Assembly: GCF_000281045.1 (NCBI RefSeq)
Contig: NW_008246073.1
Span: forward strand, 45,184-109,183
Length of the DNA: 64,000 nt
Origin: Saprolegnia diclina VS20
Taxonomy: Eukaryota
Direction of reading: 5' to 3'
How positions within the stretch are numbered: the first letter of the stretch is position 1; each line of letters begins with the position of its first letter. The notes under the pieces were generated by a model. It ran no database searches, was not told where the DNA came from, and saw only the letters and a list, made by a program, of their open reading frames with translations. This document shows, one piece after another, positions 37,037 to 50,300 of the stretch. The translations under genes were made by a program, and so were the position numbers.

Positions 37037-37205
37037 AGTGCTTTTGGTAGGTGGCCTTTTGATTCGAAGCGTGTTGTGACTGGCGGCAGCGGCGAGACTT
37101 AGCCGTCGCGAGGGCGAGGCGTGTGGGTGGAGCAGACCAGATGAGGTGGTCACGAAACCAAGGATCATGGCGCAGGGTGTTTCTCATTTGGAAGAGACAC
37201 ATCGC
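37037..37205 (-). mobile_element. LINE 3' fragment, same family as 10153-10560
   Basis: MCLFQMRNTLRHDPWFRDHL versus MCLFQMLNALRQDAWLRNRL in the 10 kb copy. Confidence 0.65.
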
Positions 37206-37651
37206 TTACATATTCAGCACCAAATGTTGAAGATGCGGCGTGGTCTAGGACAGCTTCAAGAACGCGACGCGGATAGCAGCCACTTGGGTACCTCGTAGTG
37301 GTAGCTTGTGTAGGTACACGCTACCAAACGTTGTTGACACGTAATTTGAAGAGGGTAGGGCGAACGGTGCCGACCTTGAACGCAGTACAGCTGTAGTGTA
37401 AGTATACGCTTTTTGATCTTACTGTAGTTGACTGTGCAGTTGAACAAGACTGGTGCAATGATCATTAGCTCGATTTCATTAGATCCAGTGTCGATGGTTC
37501 AATGATAATCATCTGCAGGAAGCGTTACATCAGAGGGGGTCAGCGGCTGGGTCAGGAAGGGACGATCTTCTGAGTTGGGTTGTTGACCGGGTTGTACGTG
37601 TGGAACTGCAAAACCGGGTCGACCATTTTGTAACACTCAAAGCACCTCGTA

Positions 37652-39435
37652 ATGCTCCGGTGGACTCTCTGCGTCTGCGTCCTCGCGGTAGCCTCCACGC
37701 CCGCCGTGTACGCACACACCGGCTTGGCAGTACCAAAGAGCGCTGACTCCAAGATCCAACAGATATTAACGACGCCAGCGATGGCGGCGCTTCCAAAGTC
37801 GGATCGACCGCAGTCGTGGGCTCCAACGCCGGATCCAACACCGGAGCCAACATGGCGGCCAACACCGGAGCCACCAACATGGGAGCCAACACCGGAGCCA
37901 ACACCGGTGCCGGCACCCTCTCGGCCGTCACCGACGCCGGTGCCGGCACCCTCTCAGCCGCCGGTGCCGAGCCAAGTACAGCCAACAATGAAGCCAATAT
38001 CCCCCGCGACATCAGCACCACCACTGATGCCGGTGGATCCGACCACGGCAACACCACCACCCAATGCGCCGACGCAAGTCTCTACAACGGGCACACCACT
38101 ACCAACAAAAAACGAACCGACGGCCGAGACTGCTTTAGGCACACCCATGTCGTCGCCATCCTCAGAACCAAAGTCAGGACCGCCATCGATGGCCTCGCCG
38201 AACACAAGTTCAGCTGGAAGCGCCACTCCCGCGCCCGTGCAAGCCGTCGACGGCGCTTCCAATTCCTCGACCAACTGTACACCGAACGCTTCGATGCATC
38301 CGTATTGATATGGGTTGTCTTGTGTAGCCACGCCGCTCATTGTCGGCGTCAGTGTCGGCGGCGTGCTTTGTCTCGCGCTCATTGGCTGGTACTGCATCAA
38401 GCGACGCCGACACGCTGATGACAAGGCGACGCCGCTCATTGGATTGGTCTCGACGATGGCGGCCGACTACTCGAATGACACGGGCGCCATCGACCTCTCG
38501 CACCTCTCCCGCTGCCGCCTCGACACTGGATCGGTCGTTCTCTACTCGATCGCGGGTCGCGGTGCGTTTGCCGAAGTGTGGCGCGGCTCGTACAACGGCG
38601 CGACCGTGGCCGTCAAGAAGCTTCAGGGGGCGCGGCAGTCGGATCGCGAGATTCAAACCTTTGTCCGTGAGATTCAACTCCTTTCCAGGTACTCCGCCAT
38701 CGCTTCCTCTACCAGCTCATCCGTATATGTGTAGTTTTGACTGCCCATATATCGTGTCGCTCGTGGGCGCGACGTGGAACACGCCCATGGATTTGCAGTG
38801 CGTCATGGAGTACATGGACGCTGGCGACCTCCGTGACCACCTAAATCGGCAAGACGCGGCTTCGTTTCCGTGGTCGGCCAAAATCGTGTGTCTCCAGGCG
38901 GTCGTGTACGGTCTCGGGTACCTACACTCGCTCTCAATCATCCACCGCGACCTCAAGTCCCGCAACGTCCTCCTCGATACGAAGAAGGGCTACAAGCTCG
39001 TGGACTTTGGCATCGCCAAGGAAGACATGCAAGCCACCATGACGATGGGAGTCGGGACGTTCCGCTGGATGGCGCCCGAGGTGCTTCAGGAAACCGCGTA
39101 CACGGTCGCTGCCGACGTCTACTCGTTCGGTACGTCCCTCTTTATACAACAGCATGTGTACGAGTAGTGCTATAGGTGTGATGCTCTCCGAGATGGACAC
39201 GCACGAGCTACCGTACACGGATGTCAAGAACCCGACGACGGGCCAGCCACTCGCGGACCCGGCTGTCGTTGGGCGCGTCATGGCCGGCACGATCAAGCCG
39301 TCGTTCACCCCTGACGGGCCTGCGTGGGTCCGCGCCCTTGGCGAGAGCTGTCTGCAGTTCGACCCGGAGGATCGCCCAACGATCTACCAGATCGCTGCCA
39401 CGTTGGAGCAAGTAAAGGCAACCACGTATGAGTAA
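37652..39435 (+). CDS. Receptor-like TKL protein kinase with mucin-like Pro/Thr/Ser ectodomain
   Basis: Signal peptide, PTPEPT repeats, TM (LIVGVSVGGVLCLALIGWYCI-KRRR), GRGAFAEV, VAVKK, HRDLKSRNVLL, DFG and GTFRWMAPE. Confidence 0.92.
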
Positions 39436-39868
39436 TTCAGTCGTAATGTCATTTTGATAAGTTGATTTTCACGATCGCGACAACTCGCAAGTAGGTGGCA
39501 GTATACTGGAGCCAAGACTTCGTACAATTGAGCTCGTGACGGAATATGTGTTGTCAAGATACTGCTCGGATATTTCGTAGAGCGCCAAGAGCAATGCTTA
39601 CATGTGCGAGAAGCTTGGTGCTCTCCGACACTTGCTCGAGTTTGCAACTTGGTTCTAGTTTCGGGCTTCGTCGGCGAGGACGTCGCACCAGCACTCACGC
39701 GAGGACGGAATGTAGGTCGTATTTGAATCTACGGTTCGTATTGCGAGGGATTTTACCTTGGGTATGATAAAATTATCGAGATAAAGGTTCGTATCACGAG
39801 GTCCATCTGCGTCCAAGGTCTGGCTCGGTGGTTCGGATCCACCGCTTCAGCCGGCCTTCACGTAGAGC

Positions 39869-41245
39869 ATGACCATGGAGCGCTGGTTGGGCGTCTGCCG
39901 CTTCCTGACGAGCAACGAGATGGCGCACCTGAGCCACACGAGCCGCGACGTCCGTGCCGTCGTCGAAGCGGTCGCTGTGATCTTTGCCAAGGAGTCGCCT
40001 GCGCTCGCCTTCCTCTTTGCCGACACGAGCGTCGCCTTCGTGCGCCTGCCGCGCATCTCGATCTTCCAATGGCTTCGCTGCGTGGAGCTCCAGCTCATCA
40101 AGTCGCTGCTGCTCCACGCGTCCAGTGTCGCCGAGACCGCCGGTGACGACGTTGACTTTCCGGCGGTCGCTTGGACGTCGTCGGCGCACGTGACCGTGCT
40201 CGTGTCCAAGGCGTTCGTGCTCACGAGCAAGAAGCAGTGCGACCGCGCCGAGAAGCTACTGCGCCAAGGACCAAAGGCTGTGTCGAGGCTGCGCGAGCTC
40301 GCGTCAATCCCACCGTCGTCCAAGAAGCATGCCAAGGCGGTGAAGCAGGTGCGCAGCGACCTCGCGGCCATGCAGCTCCTCGAAGACCGCGAGATCGCCC
40401 ACGTCAGCGACAGCATCACGTGTAGCCATGATGGCCTTCTCCCGCTCTCGCTCTCGAAAGGCCAAGGCAAACGGCTCTCCCTGCCGTTGGCGGTGTGGCG
40501 CAAGCTGCTGCGGTATGTGAATCCGGGCGCCGACCGCGTCTTTGGCGCTGGCCGCCCCGCCACCGAGTGCGACACGTGCTTGACGACGGCCAAGCTCGAG
40601 CAAATGCAAGTGGAAGAGAAGAAGACACAGCGGTTGTTGCTGCACACGGAGAGCGGGGGTGGCGACTCGCTCTACGAGCTGCTCGCGCGCAAGACAGGGT
40701 ACCCCCCGAGCCTGTTGAGCCCCGAGCGCGGCCGCTTCTATATTGTACGTGTCTTCAAAGTGGAACATATTGTCCTACGCTCGCTAGGTGCCGCAATCGT
40801 GGCTCAAGCGCTGGCGTCAATATGTCAAGAGCGTTGTGGATGAGGTGCCCGGACCGATCTTGAACGGCGCGCTCCTCTGCAGCCGCCACCGCAAGCCCGT
40901 CGTGCCGAACGCGATCGCGCTTTTCCTCATGGGCGCATCGACGTCGGTGCTCTCGACGATCCCTGGCATCACCTAGTACGGTTTCCCCTAAATATATGGG
41001 TGAGCTCATGTTCTGCACGTAGCGCGTTGTATGAGATCGTCACCGAGACGGAGTGGGACCAGCTCCAAGACAGCTTTTGCGCCGAGGTCGCGGTTGGCTT
41101 TGACGTGGTATGTGGCACCATTGTATGGCGGACGCTGCCGTGCCAAGTGTGCGAAGAGCCCACCGAGAGCCGCCCGAAGAAGGCCAACCGCAACAACAAC
41201 AGCAACCGACGCACGGCGTACACAGCGCCGGCGATCCGCCTCTAG
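39869..41245 (+). CDS. Hypothetical protein with F-box-like N-terminus and USP48/UBP26-type DUSP-like modules
   Basis: ITCSHDGLLP..LPLAVWRKL..ECDTC, FYI/VPQSWLKRWRQYV..PGPILNGALLC..H and YEIVTETEWDQL..PCQVC. Two short introns. Confidence 0.7.
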
Positions 41246-41359
41246 GTGCCATGCGCTGCGGCCACGGGCGGTACATACCCCAAGACTGTCTACTTGTGCA
41301 TACGCACCCGTGGTTCCCTGATATAACACGATTCGCACGCGATAAAATCTAGTTGTTGG

Positions 41360-44300
41360 TCATGCATCCTGTGTCTGAGGCGGTGGCTGACGCCGGGCGC
41401 GCTGAATAAGGAGTGCGACCGAGAGCGGCGCCGGCCGATTCGCATAGGCTATGCCTACGGCGTGGTTGTACGCGCGTCGCCAAAGCTTCCGCACTGCGGC
41501 CGAAATGAGCGCGGCTCGACGGACGGCCCGCACCTTGCGCACGCGGCGGCGGTTGCGGATCGTGTCGTGAAGCAAGACGCCGGCCGCGACGACGATGGAC
41601 GCCAAGTTGGTGGCCACGAGCAAGAGCGATATGGTATAGACGTCGACCATGGCGACCACCGGTGTAAGCGCCGTCGTCGACGCCGTGTTCATCAAAAGGA
41701 GAAACCCGAGGAAGAGGGTGATGAAGAGCTGAAACTGGGTCACGCCAGCCACGAGCGAGTCGGTCCAGGACCGGTACGGCTTGCATTGGAGCGTGAGGGT
41801 GAGCGCAAGCAGACTACGTATGCACATATTTTAGCGGTAGCGTGTTGATAGCAGGCGGCACCAGAGAGCGAGACCCGACGTCGATTGGACAATGTCGTTT
41901 CCCTGGAGGAAGACGAGGACACCGTTCAGGAGCACTTTTCTAGCTCCAAAATTTGGATACCGTGTCTGGGAAGAATGCTGTACCGAATCAGATCAAAGAC
42001 GTCAAACCACCAGAATTCGCTCTTGTCTAATGCATTTGCCGTGAGTGTGGGGCACATATATGTTGTTGTCGTACAATTCTGGTAGATGAGTCCCAGACGC
42101 GCCATGACCGCAGAGTCCTAGACGGTTGTGAGATGGAAGTGAGACGAGTCGTCGACCTCGAGGTTCTTTGTCTTCATGTAGTGGCCCAAGTAGGCCATCT
42201 CGTCCCGGCGACCGAGCGCAAGGGGCACACACCGTCCCTCGGCCGCGAGCATGGTACGCATCTCCGCTAGCCACTTTTCGCGCAACGGGCGGTACGCGCG
42301 CGACTCGAGCAGCGTCAAGCGTGTGTCTACGCTGCGTGACAGACCTCTCATTGGCTTGTCAGCATGACATACCAATGTGCCGGTGCCGCGCCTTGTAGAC
42401 AAGGCGCCAAAAGAGAAACGGAACGCCGACGACCCAGACGCCGACACCGGCGAGCGCGACGCATGCATAGAGCGACCACTCGGTCGTATAGCACTCGAGG
42501 CTGCGGTCCTTCACGAGCCAGTAGCGAGCACCGACTTGGTCGCAGTGGAACACGAGCAGAAAGTTCCTCGACACCATCGGGTACAAAAGCAAGAGAATCC
42601 TACAAAACTTAAGTGCAAAAGTTCGCACGCACTTGTGATGCGCGCACCCGAGCATCACTTTGACGCATTTGATGCGGTACGATTGATAGTGCAGTCGGAG
42701 CTTCACGCGCGCTTGCCAGACGCAGAGGTTGCTCCGCAGGACCCGCGATCGGACGTGGGCAGTGAGTGGCTTGGCCGGGCACACGCGGTGCGTTGGCCGG
42801 TACATGGGCAGTGCCCCGGTGTACGCCTTGGCCGTCGACATATTGATGGCCTCGCGTTGGAGTTGCCGGGCACGTGATGTGTGGGGGTCGGGCTCCGTGA
42901 GCAGCGCGCGAAGTGCAGTGAGGACACGGCGGGCGGCAATAGTTCCGTGGGCTGAACTGACATCGTCCAGCGACAACAGAGTGCTCGCCCGCTGTTCGAG
43001 TGACTGCCTTCGGCGTTTTTGGCGGCTTCCACTCAATGGCTGCGGCATGGACGGTCGCCGCTGGGCCATGTCGGGTACGTACTTGTCCCAAACGGGGAGG
43101 CCGCAGCGAGGGCAGCAGCGCGGAATGGTCTTGAGTTTTCCAATGTAGTGGGCCGCACCGCGGTAATAAAAGATGAAAACCAGTGCAAAGATAAAGGCGA
43201 GCACGGCCAGCGTCGAGCTAGAATGAAGCGTGGACCAAAGTTGTCCACATTAGAGAACGTACATGAACTGCACGTAGAACGACGTGGACGGCATGAAGCA
43301 GTCAATACCCGCAATCGCGACGAGATCCTATCCGTGCATCGTGTGCGATACTGTAACTTAATCGACGCACCAGACTAAACTGAGACGTGGCCACCATCGC
43401 GTCGTTGATGGCGGGCGGCCACGCGATCGCGTACGTAGTTCGGAAATTCCCAAAAATTTGGAAAAATCCAGTGAGAATTTTGGCCTTTTCGAGGTAGACG
43501 CTCACGTAATCGGGACGGCCGTCCGTGTCGAGCGTGATGCCAAAGACGTCGCGCGGCGGCGCTTGTGGGCGTCGACGCGCTTGCCACGCGAGGTACTTTT
43601 TATGGCAATTCGAGCGTGCCGAGGCCCACCACGTGAGCCGCTGTTTGGTGCGCGCTTTGAGTTGCTGGTCGAGCTTTGCCTGGCGCAAGAGCTCCCTTTC
43701 GCTGCCATCCTAAGCACAAAGCGGACGCCATGTAACTTGCGACCATCGTTGCTTGTCAACGTACGATGAGGTAGAGCCGAAGCGCCCCGATCAAACACGC
43801 AAGCACGACAAGGCCGAGACACGGTGCCAGCGCATTCTGCCACGTCAGCGACGTCCACTTGCCGTTGCAGTCTAGTACCATCGAATCCCAACGCTTACTT
43901 TTGCGACAAGAGATGTGCCGTACATTGGCATGTGCCCGAGATCGTGTTGGAGTACCCCGATGCACAGCGCCCGCACAATGAGCCGGCGTAGCCGACGGCG
44001 CACGCGTGGCCGAGCAGACTGTCGATATTGCCAAGACAAACGTTTTCGACCTATGCAATTTGAGAACGACAGAGGCGCGAAGACACGACCTGACACGGGT
44101 AGAACGCGAGACCAGAGAGACACATGAACTCCCGCATCGGCGGCCAGGACGCCACGTACGTCACTGGCACGACACTGGTCAAGCACTGCGTCAACGCAGC
44201 TTCCATGTCGTCGGACGAAAGGGCAAACGCCCGGCACGGGTCTCTCGATGGCCAATTCAACGGATCGCACTGCGTCGTTACGTGCGTCGCCGGGGCGCGG

Positions 44301-47300
44301 TCGAGGTAGTAGTTGGGCAGTGTGCGCGGATGGGCGACGCCGACAAGTGCGGGTGTCCCAGTCGTCAGGATGTACTCGGAGCAGACCGCGCCCGGAGGAC
44401 AGCTGAAACATGCGGTACCGTTCAAGCTATATTGTCCGGACGGACACCGCACACATCGCCTATACATGACATAGTTTCAACTCCGTACACATACCACAAA
44501 CATACCCTGCGGCGTCGGTCGAGTACCCCGGTGCACACGGTGTCATCAGCATGTCGATCTGCAGCGGAATCATTGATGCGCCCAAACGACTGCAGTCGAC
44601 GACGACCGAAACAGGCACGGCGGCCACGACGATAGGTCCTTGAATCGCCGCTCTCGCAAAGGTGACGAGACCGTTGACAGCCGAGTACGTTGCGCCCCTC
44701 GGGGCCAGCGCGAGGCCCGCAGCAGACGCAGAGAGCGTACACGTCGTCGCGTTGTCGAGGCGAGCCACGTGCCCGTAGTAATCGGTGGTCTGTACCGTCG
44801 CCCACGAAAACGGCGATGTCAGCAGCGCCGACGCCACGTACGCCGACGCATTGCCGCCAACCGTGAGTGGTACATCACTCGAGAACGACGACGGCCACGC
44901 TTTTACCCGTACCGACACGGCCGACGTCGCCACGTCGGTGGGCTCATTGTTGTCCAAGGAGCAGTTGTCGCAGAAAAAATGGGCGCCGGACGGAGGGTCA
45001 ACCACCCAAAAGATGCCGCCGCCCGACATCGCCGAGTTGTTGAGCACTACGAGCGACGTGAACGCCGACATTTCCGCCCCCTTGTCCAAGTAGAGGCCGC
45101 CGCCCTGGCGCTGGGCAGCGTTCATGAAGAACGTAGCGTTGATGGTTTGGTGGGGGCCCGGCGACACGAGCGCCATCGCGGCACCGTCTTTCGCAGTATT
45201 TAAGGTCCAGCGCGACCCGGTATCGCTGACGCGTGCGCTGTGGCTCGCAAAGAGGCCCCCGCCCATGCCGTTGGGCGACGAATTGTTGGTGGCGACGCAC
45301 TCGAGCAGCGTGCCTTGCGCTGCGCGCTCGAGCGCGATCGCGCCGCCGTTGCCTGCGGCGGCGACGTTGGTCGTGAACGTACAGTTGACGATGGCGCCGA
45401 CACTTCGCGACGCAAGAACCAGTGCGCCCCCAGTCGTCTCGGCCGTGTTGAGTGAAAAAATCGAGGCGAGGCTGTGCAGCGAGCTCGTGCGATCTAAAAA
45501 CACGCCGCCCCCCGTGGTGGCGCTGTTGTTTGCAAACGTCGCGTGGACGCAGGTCACTTTGGCCGTCGTTGCAAAGAGACCACCGCCGCTGTGTTGCCCA
45601 TAGTTGCGTAGCACCTGCGTGTCAATGACAACGAGTTGGCTTCCGTGGCCAGCAAAGATGCCTAAATAATACAGGCTTGGCGGGGGACGACATCCGTTAC
45701 TGTGTACCGCCGCCGTGTCCCGTCGCGTTGTTCCCAAGGACATTCGAGCCGTAGAGCTGGGCAGCGGTCGACAAGGCGCCGTGCAGATAGATGCCACCGC
45801 CGTGACTTCGTGCGAAGTTGTTTCGGATACTCGAGTTGCCGGCCATGAGAAGCACAGCGCCCGCATCGAGGTAGACGCCGCCGCCGCAGCCTTCGGCGCC
45901 TACATCACGCAAATTTGAAGAGATGCTCGCACGCGGAAATATGCTGCATCGTACGGTTGGCGTCGACGAACGTGCATTGTAGCTCCACGCTTGTTGCGTT
46001 TCCAGTGGCAAAAATGCCACCGCCGTCGCGGGTCGCCACGTTCAACGTCAATTGTACAGTGTGACAGTACATACTGGCCGCGTTGGTCAGATACACAGCG
46101 CCACCGCGTGTGGCGACGCCGTTTGCGAGGCGTGTCGACGCTTCCAAGATGACGGTCGACGCATCCGCATAGACGAGGCCGCCAAGAAAACTCGTCGTGT
46201 CTCCTCCACGCACGCTGCAGTTGGTGAGTGTCACCGTTGAGAATCCGCAGAGAGCAACAGAGCCGCCGTTGGAGGCAGCGTTGGCCGTCAAGCGCGTAGA
46301 AGTTAGTGCAAAGCGGGAGGCGGCAATTAGCGCGATGGCTCCACCGCGATCTCTGGCCGTGTTGCTCGAAAAGGCGCAGCTAAAAGCCGCGCTTGACGAG
46401 TTGATGAGCGCAATGGCACCACCAGTAGCGTTGGCAAAGTTGGCCATCATGACCACGCGTTGCAGCGAGAGGTGGGCGCCCACGACATACATGCCGCCCC
46501 CGTCGTCCGCCACGTTGTCTTGCAAGGTCACATTCGCGAGCGCCACACGAGCGCTTGACGCAGCGTAGATACCGCCGCCAGCGACCGCGATATTCTTCTC
46601 CAAGACGATGCGATCCCCGGCAAACGAGCTGTTGACGTCAATGTAGAGCCCTCCCCCGTGCTGCGCGGCGCCATATGAAATGTGTACGGCCGAGACCACG
46701 GCGGTGGTGTGGGGTGCGACGTAAACGTGCCCACTGGAAGATCGAGTCGCCGTCAGTATCGTTGTCGCCAGATACTGCGTGGTCGCGGCGCCCAAGAAAG
46801 CACTGGCGCCAGTCAACGCAACCGACGCGCCTCTTGGTGCGAGATTGTCGACGATGGCCGTGTTCGTGTGGTGCACCGTTGCATTTTGTATGTAGAGCCC
46901 ACCGCCTGTTTGGCGGGCGACGTTTTTGTATAGCGATACGCTGGTCACGGTCGAAGCGCCGCCTTGCAGGATCGCCACGCCGCCGCCATGCGCAGCCGAT
47001 CCGTTCTCAATCGTCAAGTTGATTATCGAACAGGACGTGCCAACAACATTGCCGCCGAATCGATGGGCCGTGTTGTTGAATATGGACGCGTTCGCGCCGA
47101 GAACAGTTGCATCGGCCAGTGCCAAGCCACCGCCCGACTCGGTAGCACTGCAAGAGGTGACGCGCGTTTCAAAGAGGCGCACGGAGCTGTTTTGAGCGGA
47201 GATGCCGCCACCGGTGACCAAGGCCGAGTTGAACGTGATGTTGCAGCGCTCCAAGCTGACGGTGGCGTAGTGAGCGCCGAGGCCACCGCCACGCATCGCT

Positions 47301-50300
47301 CGGTTGCCCTGCAGTCTGCCATTTCGAACTGTACAGCTGCCGTTGGTGCACAGAAAGCCACCACCGAGCGTATCGGCCGAGTTGCGCAAGAGCCTCGGCC
47401 CGTCGAGCTGGCAGCTTTTGCTGCAGGTGATGCCGCCACCAGCCACGCGAGCGCGGTTGCGCGTAGTAGCACAAGTGCCTCGCAATGCGATATCGGGCCC
47501 GTCGAGGTAGGCACCGCCACCGTCGTCCGCCGTGTTGGCGTCCAAAACGAGACCCGAGCACGCGACGGTAGAAGACGGTGTCACAAAGGCACCGCCACCG
47601 CGCTGCTGAGCGCAACTGTCCAGAACCGATGTGTTTTGAATCGAAATCCAACCCGAGAGGTGGAGACCGCCACCGTCTCGTGCAGCTTGGTTCGCAGCAA
47701 GAACGAGGTCCGCGAGGTACGAGCTGTTAGAGGCCGCGACGCCGCCGCCATCGAGACGCGCCGAGTTGGTTATGATGTGCATGGACTTGACACGGGACGT
47801 GAGCAAGCACATGCCGCCACCGACCGATGCCGCATTCGATCGGATGGCCACAGTGGCACCAGCAATGGTCGAGTTGAAGCCAAAGAGACCACCACCGGAT
47901 GTCGCCGCTGAATTGTTGACGATCGTAGTGTTGAGCAGCCCCATGTTGGAGTTGTGGGCGGCAAGGCCGCCACCAGTACCATTGGAGGTGCACCTGGCCA
48001 CGAAGAGTCCGTCAAGAAGGACCGAGCTAGCATGGACGTAGAGACCCCCGCCTGTATCTACACGAATCTAAGCACTGTCAGAACAAAGTGCAGATGTGTA
48101 CCTGCTGCATGGTTTTCAAAAAGCGCGAGCTCCGACACATCAAACGAGCTGTTGCTCAGCGACTGCAGTGCGAGGCCACCACCTTGTACCGCCGTGTTGA
48201 GAGCTACGGTCGTGTTACCGACAGAGAGACTCTGGGTGGACAAGAGAAGAAGCCCGCCGCCGGTGATCGCCGTATTACCAAGGATTCGAATGCGCTCCAT
48301 GACGAGGCTAGCGGCCGAGAGCACGGCGAGGCCTCCGCCGCCACCGGCTGAGTTGTTGAACACGGTGCCGTTCCAGAGGTTGTTGTCGACACCTGTGACA
48401 GCGATACCGCCACCGTAACGCGCTGCCGTGTTGAGCGCAACACGTGCACCGTGCAGCGTACTCGAGTAAAGAGAGACGCCCCCGCCATCAGACGTGGCCG
48501 TGTTGTGGGATATACTCGAGGTGGTTGCCTTCAAGCTACTGTGTTCGAGATAGACTCCGCCACCAGTCGTCGCCACACAGTCTTCAATATCAACGTCGCT
48601 GAAGACCAACTCCGAGTTGGCTGCTGCGAGACCGCCGCCGAGTGAAGACGATACTGCGCCACGAACGGAAACGTGGGTCAGCACCACCTGACTGTCGGCC
48701 ACTTGGAGGCGAGCGCTGGGGCCAATGCCTCCGATAAGGCGGAGACTGGAGAGTCGCACCACCGACGCTTTGCGAATATCCCACGATGCAAGCGCGCCAG
48801 TGCAATTGACGTCCACCACCAGAGCAGAGTCCGGCATAGAAATAGCAAACAAATCGCTGTCCGACCAGGCGGTCGACACCAACGAGGTGATCGTCACGTG
48901 CTGGTGTTCCAAGACGACGTTGCACGTGCGCGCGTCCGTGTACGTGCCAGGATACAGGACAATAGTGCCGTTGGGGGGCACGAGCTCGAGTGCCCGAGTG
49001 AGTGACTGGAGCGCTTTATTTTGTCTAAGGCCGCCGGTGCCAAGGGTATCGCTGCCAAACCGCTCATCAACAACGATGCTATCGGGCCGGTAGCACGCTG
49101 GATGGTGCGGACACACATCGTGGTTGGTGCATCCTTCGCCTGAGAAGCGCGGTCGGCAGTCACACGTGCCGTCATCGCGACAGAGACCATATCGCCCGCA
49201 CGACGTCGGACATGGTATCGTCAAGGCGTCGAGGGACACGCCTCGTACACCATGGTACCTCAAATGAACGCCCGAGAGCTGAATCGAGTCGTCGGTTGCT
49301 AGAATCATCCGGAGGCCAATGCCCGGCGCACGGCTTTGTAGTGTAAATGGCGGTCGAGCGCAGCCGCCTTGCCACATGAGCTGCTCCGAACCGTTTTGGT
49401 GCACCTCAAAGAAGGCAACCTTGTCGTTATCGCACTCCATCTCAAACGCATAGACCTACAGAAGCAGACTGACACAAACATATAACGACAAGCTCGTACG
49501 TGGAGAAGGACCGAGACGTCAGGCGACGATGGTAGGATGAGCCAGGAGACGTAGGCGTTTGGCTGGTAGGCGAGCGTAGTGTTTATGTGACCGACTTCAC
49601 CCCCATCGACTACGGTGGAGAGGACCGTCGCATTGGTCTCGGCCAAAAACCGGTTGGGTGCAGCGGCATAGCTTGAGTGTGCGGGTGTAGTCTCGCACTC
49701 GGGACACGAAGACGCAAATGACCCGTTGATCTCTCGCCACCAGTCGATACTCGTTGGAGCTAGACCGGTGTCTGTGCATCACTTGCTTGACAATACTGGA
49801 AGGTACGTACCACACGCATCTTTCCCGGTGAGCACGAGTATCGCCGGCGCGCTGTTGCCCCACGTCGTCGTCGCCGTCTAAGCATATCTTGGTGTAGTGT
49901 TTGTAAAGAGAGATGATGTATGCGTACGACAGAAATGCTAACACGACTGCTAATGTTGCTCATGGGAATGGCCCACGTCGTTGCTGTTGTGATGTGGGGT
50001 GGATCCTCGTCGGCGGAAACGACGTAGTAGAGATCATCGCTCTTGGCACCACCGATGTCCAGTGGCGGAGACCAGACCAGTTGGACTGCCTCGACCGTCT
50101 CATCAAACGTACCACAGAGGTGCGAAGGTGACGTCGGTGGCGTCACTGGCGTTGTCGNNNNNNNNNNNNNNNNNNNNNNNNNNNNNNNNNNNNNNNNNNN
50201 NNNNNNNNNNNNNNNNNNNNNNNNNNNNNNNNNNNNNNNNNNNNNNNNNNNNNNNNNNNNNNNNNNNNNNNNNNNNNNNNNNNNNNNNNNNNNNNNNNNN

